A DNA stretch of 64,000 nt from Limnospira fusiformis SAG 85.79 (GCF_012516315.1 NZ_CP051185.1:3413363-3477362), one strand, 5' to 3'. Counted from the first letter of the stretch, positions 32,512-43,798 are shown. Program-made: numbers and translations. The notes: generated from the sequence alone by a model not told the origin.

Positions 32512-34449
32512 ATGAATATATTAACTCTACAATCAGTTCAAAAAGACTTCGGGACTAAAGAAATTCTTAGGGATGCTAACCTGAATTTAGGAGTTATGGA
32601 TAAAGTGGGTTTAATTGGAACTAATGGTTCTGGAAAATCCACCCTACTAAAAATGATTGTAGGTAGCGAACATATTGATGGCGGTCAACTCTGGGTTAAC
32701 CCGAAAATTAAACTAATATATTTGCCGCAACAACCAGAACTTGATGAAAATAACACCGTTTTAGAACAGGTTTTTGCTGATAGTGGTGATAAACTGCATC
32801 TGATTCAGGAATATGAGGAACTTTCCTTAAAAATTGCTAAATTTCCCGATGATGAAAGCCTCATGACTCGCTTTTCCGAAATTATGCAGCGCATGGATGC
32901 TAGTAATGCTTGGGAGTTGGAAACTCAGGCAAAAATTATTTTAACTAAATTGGGAATCGAGGATTTTGATGCCAAAATTGGCAGCCTTTCGGGAGGATAT
33001 CGCAAACGTATTGCTTTGGCGGCGGCGCTATTGCGAGAACCAGATGTTTTATTAATGGATGAACCGACTAACCATCTTGATGCTATGTCTGTGGAATGGT
33101 TACAGGATTATTTGAATAGTTATCGGGGCGCTTTGTTTTTAATTACTCACGATCGCTATTTTTTAGATAGGGTCACTAACCGCATTATTGAAATCGATCG
33201 CGGTGATTTATATACCTACTCCGGCAATTATTCCTATTACTTGGAAAAAAAAGCCGAAATGGAAGATGTAGCCGTCAGCCAACAACATAAACATAAAGGA
33301 GTTTTGCGCCGAGAATTAGAATGGTTAAAGCGAGGACCCAAAGCCAGAAGCACTAAGCAAAAAGCCCGGATTCAACGCATTGAAGAAATGCAGGATGTTG
33401 AGTTTAAATCAACCCTCGGCAAAGTCGAAATTTCTACCCCCGGTCGCCGCATAGGTAAGAAGGTAATTGAGTTAAAGGATATTGCGAAATCCTATGATGA
33501 CAAAACTTTAATTAAAGATTTTACCTATACATTTAACCCCCAAGACCGCGTGGGAATTATTGGCAGTAATGGAGTCGGAAAATCTACCCTTTTAGATTTA
33601 ATTACGGGTCGGGTTGAACCGGACTCGGGAACTGTGGAAATTGGCAGCACTATTCATATTGGCTATTTTGACCAACATTGTGATAACCTGCTGGAAGCGA
33701 TGAATGAAAATCAGCGGGTTATTGATTATTTAAAAGAGGTCGCAGAATATGTGACTACCGCTGACGGAACCCAAATTACCGCTTCCCAAATGTTGGAGAG
33801 GTTTCTATTTCCTCCCGCCCAACAATATGCTCCCTTAAATAAGCTATCTGGCGGCGAAAAACGGCGTTTGTTTCTGTTACGGGTATTAATGGAAGCACCC
33901 AATGTTCTGATTTTAGATGAACCGACTAATGATTTAGATGTGCAGACTCTTTCGGTGTTGGAAGAGTATTTAGAGGAGTTTAATGGATGCGCGATCGTGG
34001 TGTCTCACGATCGCTATTTTTTAGATCGCACCGTCGATATGATTTTCGCCTTTGAGTCTCAGGGAGTCCTCCGTCAATATCCCGGTAATTATTCGGTTTA
34101 TTTGGACTATAAACAAGCGGAAGAAGTCGCCAAAGCACAGTCACAGCAAATGCAGGTCGAGGCTACCCCCAGCCAACCAGAACCGGAAAAATCCCCCCGC
34201 TATTCCTGGGGGAAAGACGGGCGGCGCAAACTTTCCTCTAAGGAAAAGCGAGAGTATGAAAACCTGGAAAAAGAAATCGCTAAGTTAGAGGAGAAAAAAC
34301 AGCAGTTAGAGGCGGAACTTTACCAAGCCTCATCAACTTCTGTCAGTCGGGTGCAGGAGTTACATCAGCAAGTTGAGTCCTTGACAGTGGAAATTGATCA
34401 GGCGACAGAAAGATGGATGGAGTTGGCAGAAATTGCCAGTTCATCTTAG
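32512..34449 (+). CDS. ABC-F family ATPase (Uup/EttA-like, two ABC cassettes plus C-terminal coiled coil)
   Basis: Two Walker A sites (GTNGSGKST, GSNGVGKST), two LSGG signature sequences and a C-terminal coiled coil. Confidence 0.9.
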   Translation: MNILTLQSVQKDFGTKEILRDANLNLGVMDKVGLIGTNGSGKSTLLKMIVGSEHIDGGQLWVNPKIKLIYLPQQPELDENNTVLEQVFADSGDKLHLIQEYEELSLKIAKFPDDESLMTRFSEIMQRMDASNAWELETQAKIILTKLGIEDFDAKIGSLSGGYRKRIALAAALLREPDVLLMDEPTNHLDAMSVEWLQDYLNSYRGALFLITHDRYFLDRVTNRIIEIDRGDLYTYSGNYSYYLEKKAEMEDVAVSQQHKHKGVLRRELEWLKRGPKARSTKQKARIQRIEEMQDVEFKSTLGKVEISTPGRRIGKKVIELKDIAKSYDDKTLIKDFTYTFNPQDRVGIIGSNGVGKSTLLDLITGRVEPDSGTVEIGSTIHIGYFDQHCDNLLEAMNENQRVIDYLKEVAEYVTTADGTQITASQMLERFLFPPAQQYAPLNKLSGGEKRRLFLLRVLMEAPNVLILDEPTNDLDVQTLSVLEEYLEEFNGCAIVVSHDRYFLDRTVDMIFAFESQGVLRQYPGNYSVYLDYKQAEEVAKAQSQQMQVEATPSQPEPEKSPRYSWGKDGRRKLSSKEKREYENLEKEIAKLEEKKQQLEAELYQASSTSVSRVQELHQQVESLTVEIDQATERWMELAEIASSS

Positions 34450-34523
34450 AATATGGGAGGGGGTCTAGGCTTGCACAATCACCATTTCACCGTAGCATCT
34501 TTAGCAAGAAAGCAGAAGTTATC

Positions 34524-37388
34524 ATGGCTAAGTTAGACCCGCTTCCCGAAATTCTTGATGCCCTAGCCCGGTCAATGGAAAAGCAATTCCAGGGGGGACT
34601 CTGTTCGATTTTACTATGCGATCGCCACGGGAAACTACACCACGGCGCAGCCCCTAATTTGCCCAAGGCTTACTCCCAGGCTTTAGATGGGATGATCATT
34701 GGTCCCGAAGCTGGTTCCTGTGGAAAAGCTGCTTTTTGTCGGGATATTGTCATCGTTGCTGATATTGCGACAGACCCCCTATGGCAAAACTTCAGACATT
34801 TAGCCCTAGAACATCAATTGCGTGCTTGTTGGTCGGCTCCGGCGATCGGTAGTGATCAGCAAGTTTTAGGAACTTTTGCGGTTTATTTCAAGACCTGTCG
34901 CACTCCCCAAAATCAAGACTTAGAAATTCTCAGCCTTAGCGCCCATATTGCCTCCATTGCTATTGAACGCGATCGGACTACCCAAGCCTTAGCCGACTTA
35001 AATCAACAGTTAGAAGTGCGGGTAGAAGAACGTACCGCCGCCCTCAGAGAAAGTGAAGCTAAGTTAGAAGCAATGCTTAATTTTGCTCCGGCGGTAATTT
35101 ATGTCAAAGACTTACAAGGACGACATACCTTTGTTAACAGGGCATTTCTGAAATTATTTAACTGTACTCTAGCAGATATCATTGGCAAAGTTAACCATGA
35201 TTTTTACCCACCCGAAGTCGCTGATGTTTTTGAAAAAAATGACCGCATAGTAATTGAATCTTGTCACTTCCATCAGCTCGAGGAAGAGGTGACCATCCAT
35301 GACCAAAATTATACTTTCCTCTCCCATAAGTTTATCCTGTTTGACCAAAATCAGCAACCCTACGCCCTCTGTGGTATTTCCAATGATATTACCCAGCGCA
35401 AGGCTTTCTACAATGCCCTCCAACGCAGTCAAGAACAACTCAAGGCAACTTTGCAAGCCATTCCCGACCTAGTATTTAGACTGAACAGCCAAGGGGAATA
35501 TCTGGCTATTTATCCATCCGAATATGTCGGAAATTTAGTGGACATCAAATTAGCCATTGGTCACTCAATCAAGGAACTATTACCCCCCCCTATTGCGGCG
35601 AAATATAGTCAGGTTACGCAAACAGCCCTAGCCACTAACACCCTACAAACCTATGAACAAGATGTAGTGATTGATGGGGTTTTGCGTCATGAAGAAGTCC
35701 GGGTGGCTCCCTGTGGTGACCATGAGGTAGTTTTTGTCATTCGGGATATTAGCGAACAGCAAGCAGCACTCCGTGAACGCCAAAAAGCCGCCGCCACTAT
35801 CAGGAAAAGTGAGGACAGATTTGCACGCATTGCCAATAATATGCCGGGGGTTTTATATCAATATGTTTTGCATCCTGATGGCTCCCATAATTTTATCTAT
35901 ATTAGTGAACGCTGCCAACAAATTTTTGGTTTAGATGCTGATACAATCACCAGAGATGCTAATGAGTTATTCAGACTTTTTGAGTCGGAAGATTTTATCT
36001 CTCTTAAATCCTCAATTTTGCTATCTGCAAGCACCTTAAACACCTGGTCTTGGGAAGGAAAATTGATTACCCCATTTGGTGAAAAAAAATGGATACAGGG
36101 TATTTCTCAACCGGAACAACAACCTAATGGCGATATTCTTTGGGATGGGGTAGTGGTAGACATCAGTGAACGTAAATTGATGGAAATCAAATTACAAAAA
36201 ACTGTAGCCGAGTTAGACCGGGCTACCCGCCTTAAAGATGAGTTTCTGGCAAATATGAGCCATGAACTGCGTACCCCTCTTAATGGGATTTTGGGGATGT
36301 CGGAAGCGTTAAAACAAGGCATATTAGGGACATTGAACCCTAATCAACATCATGCGATCGCGATGATTGAAAAAAGTGGTAAACACTTACTAGAATTAAT
36401 TAGCGATATTCTGGATCTGTCCAAAATAGAGGCGGGGAAACTCGAACTATATCTAACGGAAGTATCAGTGCAGGAACTATGTAACTCTAGTTTAACTTTA
36501 GTCAATCACTTGGCATTTACCAAACAAATTAATATAGAGAGTAACATACCCCAGCAATTACAAAAAACTTTCATCAAAGTAGATAATCGGCGGCTGCGTC
36601 AAGTCCTGATTAACTTGCTAAGTAATGCGGTAAAATTTACCCATAAAGCTGGTAAAATTAACTTAAATGTTGGCATAAAACCATCTACAAATCTGGCTAT
36701 TTCAACCCCTCAGTCTATCTATTTTTCCGTCGTAGATAATGGGATTGGTATTGCTACCGATGATTTAGATAAACTGTTTTTACCTTTCACCCAAATTGAT
36801 AGTAGTCTGAATCGTCAATATAGTGGTACTGGACTGGGATTAGCTTTGGTTAAACAAATCATAGAATTACATGGCGGTTGTGTTGAGGTGAGCAGTCAAC
36901 TGGGTAAAGGTAGCTGCTTTACAGTTTATTTACCCTATAATGAAACCTCAAATAATATGAGCAACTTACCCGATAGTTATAGATGGGAATTGCCTAGTTA
37001 TTTGAATGTAATAAATCCTCAGTCTCCATTAATTATGCTGGCGGTAGAGAAGGAGGCTCATTTGATTACACTGTCTAGTTATCTGGAAGCTAAAGGCTAT
37101 AGTTTATTGATAGCCAGAAATGGACAGGAGGCGATCGCATTAATCGAATCCCAATCTCCCCAATTAGTTGTAATTGATATTCAAATACCTGTGCTTGAGG
37201 GTTTAGCAGCCATTAAATATATTCGCCAAAATCTCAAGTTAACTAACTTGCCAATTATTGCCTTAACTGCTGTAGAAACCACTGGCGAACCGGAAAAATT
37301 ACGAGAAGCGGGAGCCAATGAATATCTAACTCAACCGATTAAATTAAAACATTTATCTAACCTAATTCATAACCTTTTAAACCCCTAA
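34524..37388 (+). CDS. hybrid sensor histidine kinase (GAF, PAS/PAC x3, HisKA, HATPase_c, C-terminal receiver)
   Basis: H-box MSHELRTPLNGI; G-boxes; receiver domain at the C-terminus. Start taken at MAKLDPLPE to avoid overlap with the ABC-F gene. Confidence 0.85.
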   Translation: MAKLDPLPEILDALARSMEKQFQGGLCSILLCDRHGKLHHGAAPNLPKAYSQALDGMIIGPEAGSCGKAAFCRDIVIVADIATDPLWQNFRHLALEHQLRACWSAPAIGSDQQVLGTFAVYFKTCRTPQNQDLEILSLSAHIASIAIERDRTTQALADLNQQLEVRVEERTAALRESEAKLEAMLNFAPAVIYVKDLQGRHTFVNRAFLKLFNCTLADIIGKVNHDFYPPEVADVFEKNDRIVIESCHFHQLEEEVTIHDQNYTFLSHKFILFDQNQQPYALCGISNDITQRKAFYNALQRSQEQLKATLQAIPDLVFRLNSQGEYLAIYPSEYVGNLVDIKLAIGHSIKELLPPPIAAKYSQVTQTALATNTLQTYEQDVVIDGVLRHEEVRVAPCGDHEVVFVIRDISEQQAALRERQKAAATIRKSEDRFARIANNMPGVLYQYVLHPDGSHNFIYISERCQQIFGLDADTITRDANELFRLFESEDFISLKSSILLSASTLNTWSWEGKLITPFGEKKWIQGISQPEQQPNGDILWDGVVVDISERKLMEIKLQKTVAELDRATRLKDEFLANMSHELRTPLNGILGMSEALKQGILGTLNPNQHHAIAMIEKSGKHLLELISDILDLSKIEAGKLELYLTEVSVQELCNSSLTLVNHLAFTKQINIESNIPQQLQKTFIKVDNRRLRQVLINLLSNAVKFTHKAGKINLNVGIKPSTNLAISTPQSIYFSVVDNGIGIATDDLDKLFLPFTQIDSSLNRQYSGTGLGLALVKQIIELHGGCVEVSSQLGKGSCFTVYLPYNETSNNMSNLPDSYRWELPSYLNVINPQSPLIMLAVEKEAHLITLSSYLEAKGYSLLIARNGQEAIALIESQSPQLVVIDIQIPVLEGLAAIKYIRQNLKLTNLPIIALTAVETTGEPEKLREAGANEYLTQPIKLKHLSNLIHNLLNP

Positions 37389-37535
37389 CCTTGTCCCTAT
37401 AGTCCCACCCATCATCAAAGCCAGTCCCGTTAACTATCGCCCCTCAATTATAGCAATAAATGTGGTCGGTTAGATGTTGTTGTCAGAGGCGATCGCCTTT
37501 TTATATTGACTGAAAAGTGCGATCGCTTTTGGGAG

Positions 37536-38552
37536 TCAGGGAACCTCGGCTAAAGCGGCTTTAACTACTTCCACCCCAGCACCGGGAAGGTGTGCGTTTT
37601 CGCTTAAATATCGCTTCCAGGCTTTAGTCCCTGGTTGTCCAGCGAAAAGTTGTAGGATATGGCGGACAACGCTGTTAAGTCGCCCTCCCTGACTTAACCA
37701 ATTTTCGATATAGGGAAGCATTTGTTCTACTACTTGATGACGGGTGGGTGGGTTGATATTTTCGCCGTAAATTTCTCGGTCAGCGATCGCAAATAAATAG
37801 GGATTATCATAGGCGGCGCGACCAATCATTACCGCATCAACTTTTGTGAGTTGTTGTTTCACCTGTTCAAGGGTAGTAAATCCTCCATTAATTTCAATTG
37901 TCAAATCGGGAAATTCTGCCTTGAGACGGTGAACATCTCCATAACGCAGGGGGGGTATATTTCGGTTATCTTTGGGGCTTAATCCTTGTAGCCATGCTTT
38001 GCGCGCGTGAACAGTAAAACGCTGACACCCAGAGGCGGCGACCACCCGCACAAATGCGGCCATATCTTCATAGCGATCGTGATTATCGATACCAATACGA
38101 TGCTTAACTGTTACCGGAATATTAACGGCTTTTTTCATGGCTGAGATGGCTTGAGCAACTCTTTCCGGTTCCGCCATTAAACAAGCGCCAAAGTTACCAT
38201 TTTGCACCCGCGCACTCGGACAACCTACGTTGAGGTTAATCTCATCATAACCCCAATCTTCGGCGATTTTAGCACAGGTCGCCAGTTCATTAGGATCATC
38301 TCCCCCAACCTGTAAGGCGAGGGGTTTTTCTTCTGGTGAAAAGTCCAGTAATTTGTGGTGATCGCCGTTAATAATTGCAGCACTTGTCACCATTTCTGTA
38401 TACAGTAGGGGACGGCGGGTAATTTGTCGCATGAAGTAACGAAAATGGCGATCGGTCCTATCCATCATGGGTGCAATACTCAGGATATGACTTTGATAAT
38501 TGTCCTCACTTAACCTCAGTTGTGGACTGATAGCTGTCATGTTTAAAATCAT
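37536..38552 (-). CDS. dusA: tRNA-dihydrouridine synthase A
   Basis: SIAPMMDRTDRHFRYF and the TIM-barrel FMN motif region, about 330 aa. Confidence 0.85.
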   Translation of the reverse strand: MILNMTAISPQLRLSEDNYQSHILSIAPMMDRTDRHFRYFMRQITRRPLLYTEMVTSAAIINGDHHKLLDFSPEEKPLALQVGGDDPNELATCAKIAEDWGYDEINLNVGCPSARVQNGNFGACLMAEPERVAQAISAMKKAVNIPVTVKHRIGIDNHDRYEDMAAFVRVVAASGCQRFTVHARKAWLQGLSPKDNRNIPPLRYGDVHRLKAEFPDLTIEINGGFTTLEQVKQQLTKVDAVMIGRAAYDNPYLFAIADREIYGENINPPTRHQVVEQMLPYIENWLSQGGRLNSVVRHILQLFAGQPGTKAWKRYLSENAHLPGAGVEVVKAALAEVP

Positions 38553-38827
38553 AGACTATACTATAATTAGAGTATCTAAGACTATCTAATAATAGTATAC
38601 CATGACTAATTTTTATGGCAATCTTTCCCCCCAACCATTCCGCCCAAATATCTGATCAATACTCACCAACTGCTCAATGTTCAGCCCGGATTAACTCATC
38701 ACTCTGCGCCATATCTTCCCCCATGACATCATCGATATTAATCAACCCGTGATTAGGCAAAAAATTACAGGTAAAACTTGATATAATTAGTGGGCTTACT
38801 GATTACTTACTGAGTCCATAATTAACC

Positions 38828-39721
38828 ATGCTAGAACCAGGGACATTACTGTTAAAACTTCAACAGCAAACCGCACGGGCTTTAGAGGTCGGTGCATTAC
38901 AGCCTATTAGCACCCATTATCAGCTCATTGAACAGGCGGAAATCCCTTTTTTGGTCAGGGTGATAGATAATCTACAACGCAAGGCTACAGTCCAGGAAAA
39001 GCAGGAAAAAACCCAGACCGCCACCGGGGTAGAATTTAATCCTTTTTTACCTTATGACCCTGATTTATTTGTCGAGAATTTATCAGCTACTCATGTGGGT
39101 TTACTTAATAAGTTTAATGTCGTTGATTATCATCTGTTGATAGTAACGCGGGATTTTCAAGAACAGGATAGTTTACTAACCTTAGAAGATTTTGAGGCTA
39201 TGTGGCTGGCTTTGACCGAAATTGACGGTTTAGCCTTCTATAATGGTGGTCGAGAGGCGGGGGCTAGTCAACGCCATAAACACCTTCAACTTGTGCCGTT
39301 TCCCCTAATTCCTAATGGTTTAAATGTACCGATTGAAAAGGCGATCGCATCTAGTATTTTTTCCGGTTCAATCGGTAAAATACCCCCCTTTGAGTTTCGC
39401 CATACTTTATCATTATTTGAACCCGGTTTAGTCAATGATTATAAATTAGCCGCCCAAGTAACTTTGGCAGAGTATTTAAAATCCTTGGATTTCCTGAAAA
39501 TCTCAATTAATGATAATGGGAAACCCGCCACACATTATAACTTATTGGCGACTCGAAATTGGCTGTTAATTATACCGCGATCGCAAGAAAGTTGGGACGA
39601 CATATCCGTTAATTCTTTAGGGTTTGCGGGGGCGCTACTGGTTCGTAATCATCAACAATTGGCACAACTAAAGCAACAACAACCCTTAACTATTCTCAAG
39701 TCTGTGGCTTTCCCTATTTAA
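38828..39721 (+). CDS. putative Ap4A phosphorylase / ATP adenylyltransferase family protein (HIT/GalT-like)
   Basis: Single HxHxQ motif (SQRHKHLQLVPFP) and the overall size of cyanobacterial Apa2-like proteins. Confidence 0.45.
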   Translation: MLEPGTLLLKLQQQTARALEVGALQPISTHYQLIEQAEIPFLVRVIDNLQRKATVQEKQEKTQTATGVEFNPFLPYDPDLFVENLSATHVGLLNKFNVVDYHLLIVTRDFQEQDSLLTLEDFEAMWLALTEIDGLAFYNGGREAGASQRHKHLQLVPFPLIPNGLNVPIEKAIASSIFSGSIGKIPPFEFRHTLSLFEPGLVNDYKLAAQVTLAEYLKSLDFLKISINDNGKPATHYNLLATRNWLLIIPRSQESWDDISVNSLGFAGALLVRNHQQLAQLKQQQPLTILKSVAFPI

Positions 39722-40641
39722 GCTACAGATAGCGCCTGTTTAATGCGTTGAACAAATGATGCAGGCATTCCCGCCACCCATTTTTCTCGGATGATACCAT
39801 CTTCCACTATTACAGCGGTGGGGACAGTATCAATTTTTAGGCGATCGTATGCTACGCTATCTAAAGCGACCACCGAAAAATTGAGTTGATAACTATCAAC
39901 AAACCACCGCATTTCATCATAATTAGTAAACGCGACAACCCCTAAAACATCAGGCAATTCCGGGCAATCATGGACAATTTTTAACACCTGTAACCAGTCC
40001 TTGCACTGAGGACAGCGGGGACTCATAAAAACGATTAATTTTGAACCCAAACTGAGGTCTAAATCTACTGCTTCTCCTAACCATTGATTTTGCCAGGGTC
40101 GGTTAGCTTGAATCGGCGCTAAATCAAGGAATGGATAGCCATGAATATCTAAATAGGCTAGGGAAGCTGAGGCGGCTGTATAGCTAACTAAAAACGTCGC
40201 TATAACAATCATCCACCGCCATAAAATAGTCCCTGTGTTATAGTTGCCAATTAAACCTACACCTAGGAAAATAATATATAATAAATTCAGCAGTAAACTT
40301 TGATTGGGGGTGATTTTTAGCCAGCCATTATAACAGCCACAATCTTCCGTTTTTCCCGTCGATGTACTCCCATAAGTTAACCACGACAGACCCATTAAAA
40401 TTATGATACTAAACGGGATCATAATGGCGGGTGTCGCCCCGAAAATTAACGCGGTTCCTATGGTCGCTTCAACAGCTATAAAAGTGATGGTTATCGGTTC
40501 AATTAACCCAGAAGTAAATAGCCTCAGTTGGGCGATGTGTTGGGCGAATTTCCAAGGTTCAATAATTTTGGCGATCGCTGTTAGTAAAAATACACTTCCG
40601 ACAAATACAATACCAAAATTAGCTAATGTTGCGGATATCAT
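39718..40641 (-). CDS. membrane protein with MauE/DoxX-like N-terminal TM domain fused to a thioredoxin-like domain (CPQC)
   Basis: Multiple TM helices, then FMSPRCPQCKDWL (CxxC). Confidence 0.5.
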   Translation of the reverse strand: MISATLANFGIVFVGSVFLLTAIAKIIEPWKFAQHIAQLRLFTSGLIEPITITFIAVEATIGTALIFGATPAIMIPFSIIILMGLSWLTYGSTSTGKTEDCGCYNGWLKITPNQSLLLNLLYIIFLGVGLIGNYNTGTILWRWMIVIATFLVSYTAASASLAYLDIHGYPFLDLAPIQANRPWQNQWLGEAVDLDLSLGSKLIVFMSPRCPQCKDWLQVLKIVHDCPELPDVLGVVAFTNYDEMRWFVDSYQLNFSVVALDSVAYDRLKIDTVPTAVIVEDGIIREKWVAGMPASFVQRIKQALSVA

Positions 40642-41086
40642 AGTTAAATCATGGTTAAGCGTTAATCACAGGGGTTGGGCTTCCTACAGGTTATCCCCGA
40701 ATCAACTAGAGACCCAGGGAAACCTATATACACTGGGGAAAGGACATCTGACAATTATGTGATAAAACTTTGCATTGTTCAAGATTTAACCTTCCCATAT
40801 CTATGATATCATTGTTTATCTTCAATAGTAGCTTTACCTCATTTTGGTATCCCCAACTGAGGCGATCGCTTGCTTATTTGGGAGGGACACAAAATCTATA
40901 GCAATTCCTGATTGATCTACATCTAAACTCCCCTTACCCTATTGGGGAGAGGGGTTAGCAGTGAGGGATTAGATAAGTTAAAATCTGATTAATACCCATG
41001 AAACAATCCCTTAATACTTCATAATTCAGTCAGGTTAATAACTGCTATAGAAGACTCTTGTAAATTACCAGTATACTTATAGAAAA

Positions 41087-42058
41087 GTGGGAACTAGAAT
41101 TAACAACCTACAAGTTACTAAAGTTGTAGATGGAGATACTATCAAAGTCTTGCTAAATGGTCGCCGAGAACCTCTGCGATTGCATTGCGTTGATACCGAG
41201 GAATCATTTGCTAAAGGTTCCAAACCTGTCACGCAAACCGGAATAGAGGCTTCAGCTATGGCTAAAAAATACTTCACCGAAGCTGATGGAACCTTAACCC
41301 AAGTTGATTTGGAATTTGATAGTCATGATTCCTTAAAAGTCTGCTTAGACAAATACCGAGATACCTATGGTCGTTTGATTTGCTATGTTCATAAGGGCGA
41401 TGATAATTATAACTTGCGATTAATTCAAGAAGGTTGGAGTCCCTATTATATTAAATATGGGCGATCGCAATTTTATCACCGCCAAATGATGGAAGCAGAA
41501 GCGATCGCTCAATCCCATAATCTCATCATTTGGAATCGTAATTTACCTCAAAATAAGCCATTTCGTGATTATGAACTATTAAGCTGTTGGTGGTCATTAA
41601 GGGATAGTATTATTCAAGATTATCGCCATCATGGCAAAACAGCCGGAGTGCTTTCTGTCCGTTTTGATTATCCCGAAATTCTAGCCGCCGCCGCTAGTCA
41701 ACAATGGATTACTGTATTTTGTGACTTACAAGATGGTATCACCAAATGGATTGGTAATAGTGCCTTAATTCATACAGGGTCAAAAGACCATATTATCAAG
41801 TTATGGATACCAGAAGCCAAAAGCGATAAAAATGCACCCATTGTCCGATTGATTAATCGTCGATATGCTGGTCTCGGTCGAGGATATGTTTATATTACTG
41901 GTCGGGTTATTATGTATCGAGATAAACCCGAAATCACCATAAATCACCCACAGCAATTATCTGATTTTTGTCCTACACCACATCACTTACAGCAATTGAT
42001 AGCACTTGGGGAGCCTGATCATGTACAATCAAAGATAATTGTTGAATCTAGGAGTTAA
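41087..42058 (+). CDS. staphylococcal-nuclease-like (SNase/thermonuclease) domain protein with a ~180-aa uncharacterized C-terminal extension
   Basis: VVDGDTIKVLLNGRREPLRLHCVDTEE is the SNase active-site region. Only a GTG start is available. Confidence 0.55.
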   Translation: MGTRINNLQVTKVVDGDTIKVLLNGRREPLRLHCVDTEESFAKGSKPVTQTGIEASAMAKKYFTEADGTLTQVDLEFDSHDSLKVCLDKYRDTYGRLICYVHKGDDNYNLRLIQEGWSPYYIKYGRSQFYHRQMMEAEAIAQSHNLIIWNRNLPQNKPFRDYELLSCWWSLRDSIIQDYRHHGKTAGVLSVRFDYPEILAAAASQQWITVFCDLQDGITKWIGNSALIHTGSKDHIIKLWIPEAKSDKNAPIVRLINRRYAGLGRGYVYITGRVIMYRDKPEITINHPQQLSDFCPTPHHLQQLIALGEPDHVQSKIIVESRS

Positions 42059-42063
42059 GAAAA

Positions 42064-42582
42064 ATGCCAGCCGATTTACCAAAAGGATTCCCAGAACCCA
42101 CAGCCATTGGAACTATTGAAGTTAAAAAATACCCCCATTATCGGGCTGTTACCTACCGTCATCAGGGAGATTTAACCATCGCCACCCGCATGGCATTCAA
42201 CCCCCTATTTCAACATATTAGCACTAATAATATCGCCATGACAACCCCCGTCGAGGCGCGATATTTACAGGAAGATTCCTGGGAAGAAACATCGGCGGCT
42301 GATGTGTCTTTTTTATATTCTCAACCCGAAATTAATCCCCAAACTGTTGATTCTGATGTCACCGTAACAGATACCCCAGAAATGATCGTCGTTAGCATTG
42401 GGATTCAAGGTCCTTATACCTGGGAAAGCTACCAAATACATTTGGATAAATTGAAAGACTGGTTACAACAGCATCCCGAATATCAAATTTTTGGACCCCC
42501 AAGACGCTTGTTTTATAATTCCCCCATGACTCCCCCCTATTTAAAATATAGTGAAGTACAAATCCCCATTACTCCCCGTTAA
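42064..42582 (+). CDS. SOUL heme-binding family protein
   Basis: IAMTTPV motif and the SOUL-type C-terminus. 6 nt after the nuclease gene, so a probable bicistron. Confidence 0.55.
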   Translation: MPADLPKGFPEPTAIGTIEVKKYPHYRAVTYRHQGDLTIATRMAFNPLFQHISTNNIAMTTPVEARYLQEDSWEETSAADVSFLYSQPEINPQTVDSDVTVTDTPEMIVVSIGIQGPYTWESYQIHLDKLKDWLQQHPEYQIFGPPRRLFYNSPMTPPYLKYSEVQIPITPR

Positions 42583-42592
42583 CCGCTGGGGG

Positions 42593-42622
42593 TTGACAAG
42601 TTTTGGCGACTTATCATATAAT
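42593..42622 (+). promoter_or_regulatory. consensus sigma-70-type promoter (TTGACA-18-TATAAT) with no ORF downstream
   Basis: TTGACA at 42593..42598 and TATAAT at 42617..42622. It points toward the 3' end/antisense of cysH. A perfect 9-bp inverted repeat TTGTAACAA-11-TTGTTACAA lies at 42747..42775. Confidence 0.45.
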
Positions 42623-42849
42623 ATTGACATATTCTTTTTTCATAATTGGAATGTTTTAGTCAAAAAAAAAATGTGTATTTCCCCATTATATAAATAATAC
42701 CACAGCCTCACCCCAAAATCAAGACGCGACCCCCAACCAGAAATTTTTGTAACAATTATTAATTTTTTGTTACAAAAGTTAATCTAATTATCAGAATAGA
42801 CCGATACCGGGGAATCGCCCTGGGTGTAACCATAACAGGCGGGACTATG

Positions 42850-43671
42850 TTAGAGGGAACTAGAATCCAAGCTCTTGGCTTCTTCGTCGCTTTGGGGAAG
42901 GTGTAAGCCGCACTCTTGTTTAAGTCCCCGGAACCGGGTATCACGATCGCTTTGATCACTATCAGTCACCGGGCGACTGGAATGCCAATCACCAACAGTA
43001 GTGTAACCGAGGTCAAAATAGGGATGATAGGGGAGGTCGTGGGCGGTTAGATATTGATAGACATCGCGGGAATGCCAATTAAGAATCGGGTAAACCTTAT
43101 AACGACCCGATTGGTAATCAATAGAACGCAAAGTTTGGCGGTGTGCGGTCTGATCAGCCCTAAGTCCCGCCAACCAAGCCGTAGCCCCAAGTTCATTTAA
43201 AGCCCGTTGCATAGGTTCAACCTTGCGGATTTGGTCATAGCGGTTAAAGGCTTCGAGATCATTTTGTTCCCACAGACGACCATAAAGTGCTTCCATCCTA
43301 GCCGGAGACAGGGAAGATTGATAGACTTTCAGATTGAGTTGGAGGCGCTGAGTCAATTCTTCAGCAAAGCGGTAGGTTTCAATGGGAAGATAACCCGTAT
43401 CGACCCAAATCACCGGAATATCTGGAACTACCTGGGTAACTAGATGTAGCATCACAGCCGATTGGATACCGAAACTGGTACTCATCAACAACCCTGACCC
43501 AAAAGTTTCCGCAGCCCATTTCACAATATCAGTAGCATTAGCATTTTTGAGGCGATCGTTAATGCTATCGAGATCCAGTTGCTCTAAAGTGCGATCGTCA
43601 CAGCACCCGTTTTGGTCTGACGGGATAGATGCAGATTGTCCGTTGGAATTAATTAGACTCAAATTCGTCAT
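42850..43671 (-). CDS. cysH: phosphoadenosine phosphosulfate (PAPS/APS) reductase
   Basis: PAPS_reduct core ([28 protein letters not shown]) and C-terminal ...KQECGLH. Confidence 0.85.
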   Translation of the reverse strand: MTNLSLINSNGQSASIPSDQNGCCDDRTLEQLDLDSINDRLKNANATDIVKWAAETFGSGLLMSTSFGIQSAVMLHLVTQVVPDIPVIWVDTGYLPIETYRFAEELTQRLQLNLKVYQSSLSPARMEALYGRLWEQNDLEAFNRYDQIRKVEPMQRALNELGATAWLAGLRADQTAHRQTLRSIDYQSGRYKVYPILNWHSRDVYQYLTAHDLPYHPYFDLGYTTVGDWHSSRPVTDSDQSDRDTRFRGLKQECGLHLPQSDEEAKSLDSSSL

Positions 43672-43798
43672 CTTTTTTCCCTCCTAGAGACCCCCGCCAT
43701 AGCTGTATTCAGCTGGGCTGGCTGCCGGAGTAAACGAGGGGCAGCACTTAGTTGGCATACGAATAACCATCCTTCTTGTGAATATTTGACTGATACAT

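Noticed and set aside
34413-34523. Start of the hybrid kinase at 34413, overlapping the ABC-F gene
   Set aside because: The 37-codon overlap has no kinase-like sequence. The internal Met (MAKLDPLPE) with an upstream purine-rich tract is the more plausible start.
42747-42775. NtcA binding site
   Set aside because: The half-sites are GTA/TAC-like but 19 bp apart instead of GTA-N8-TAC.
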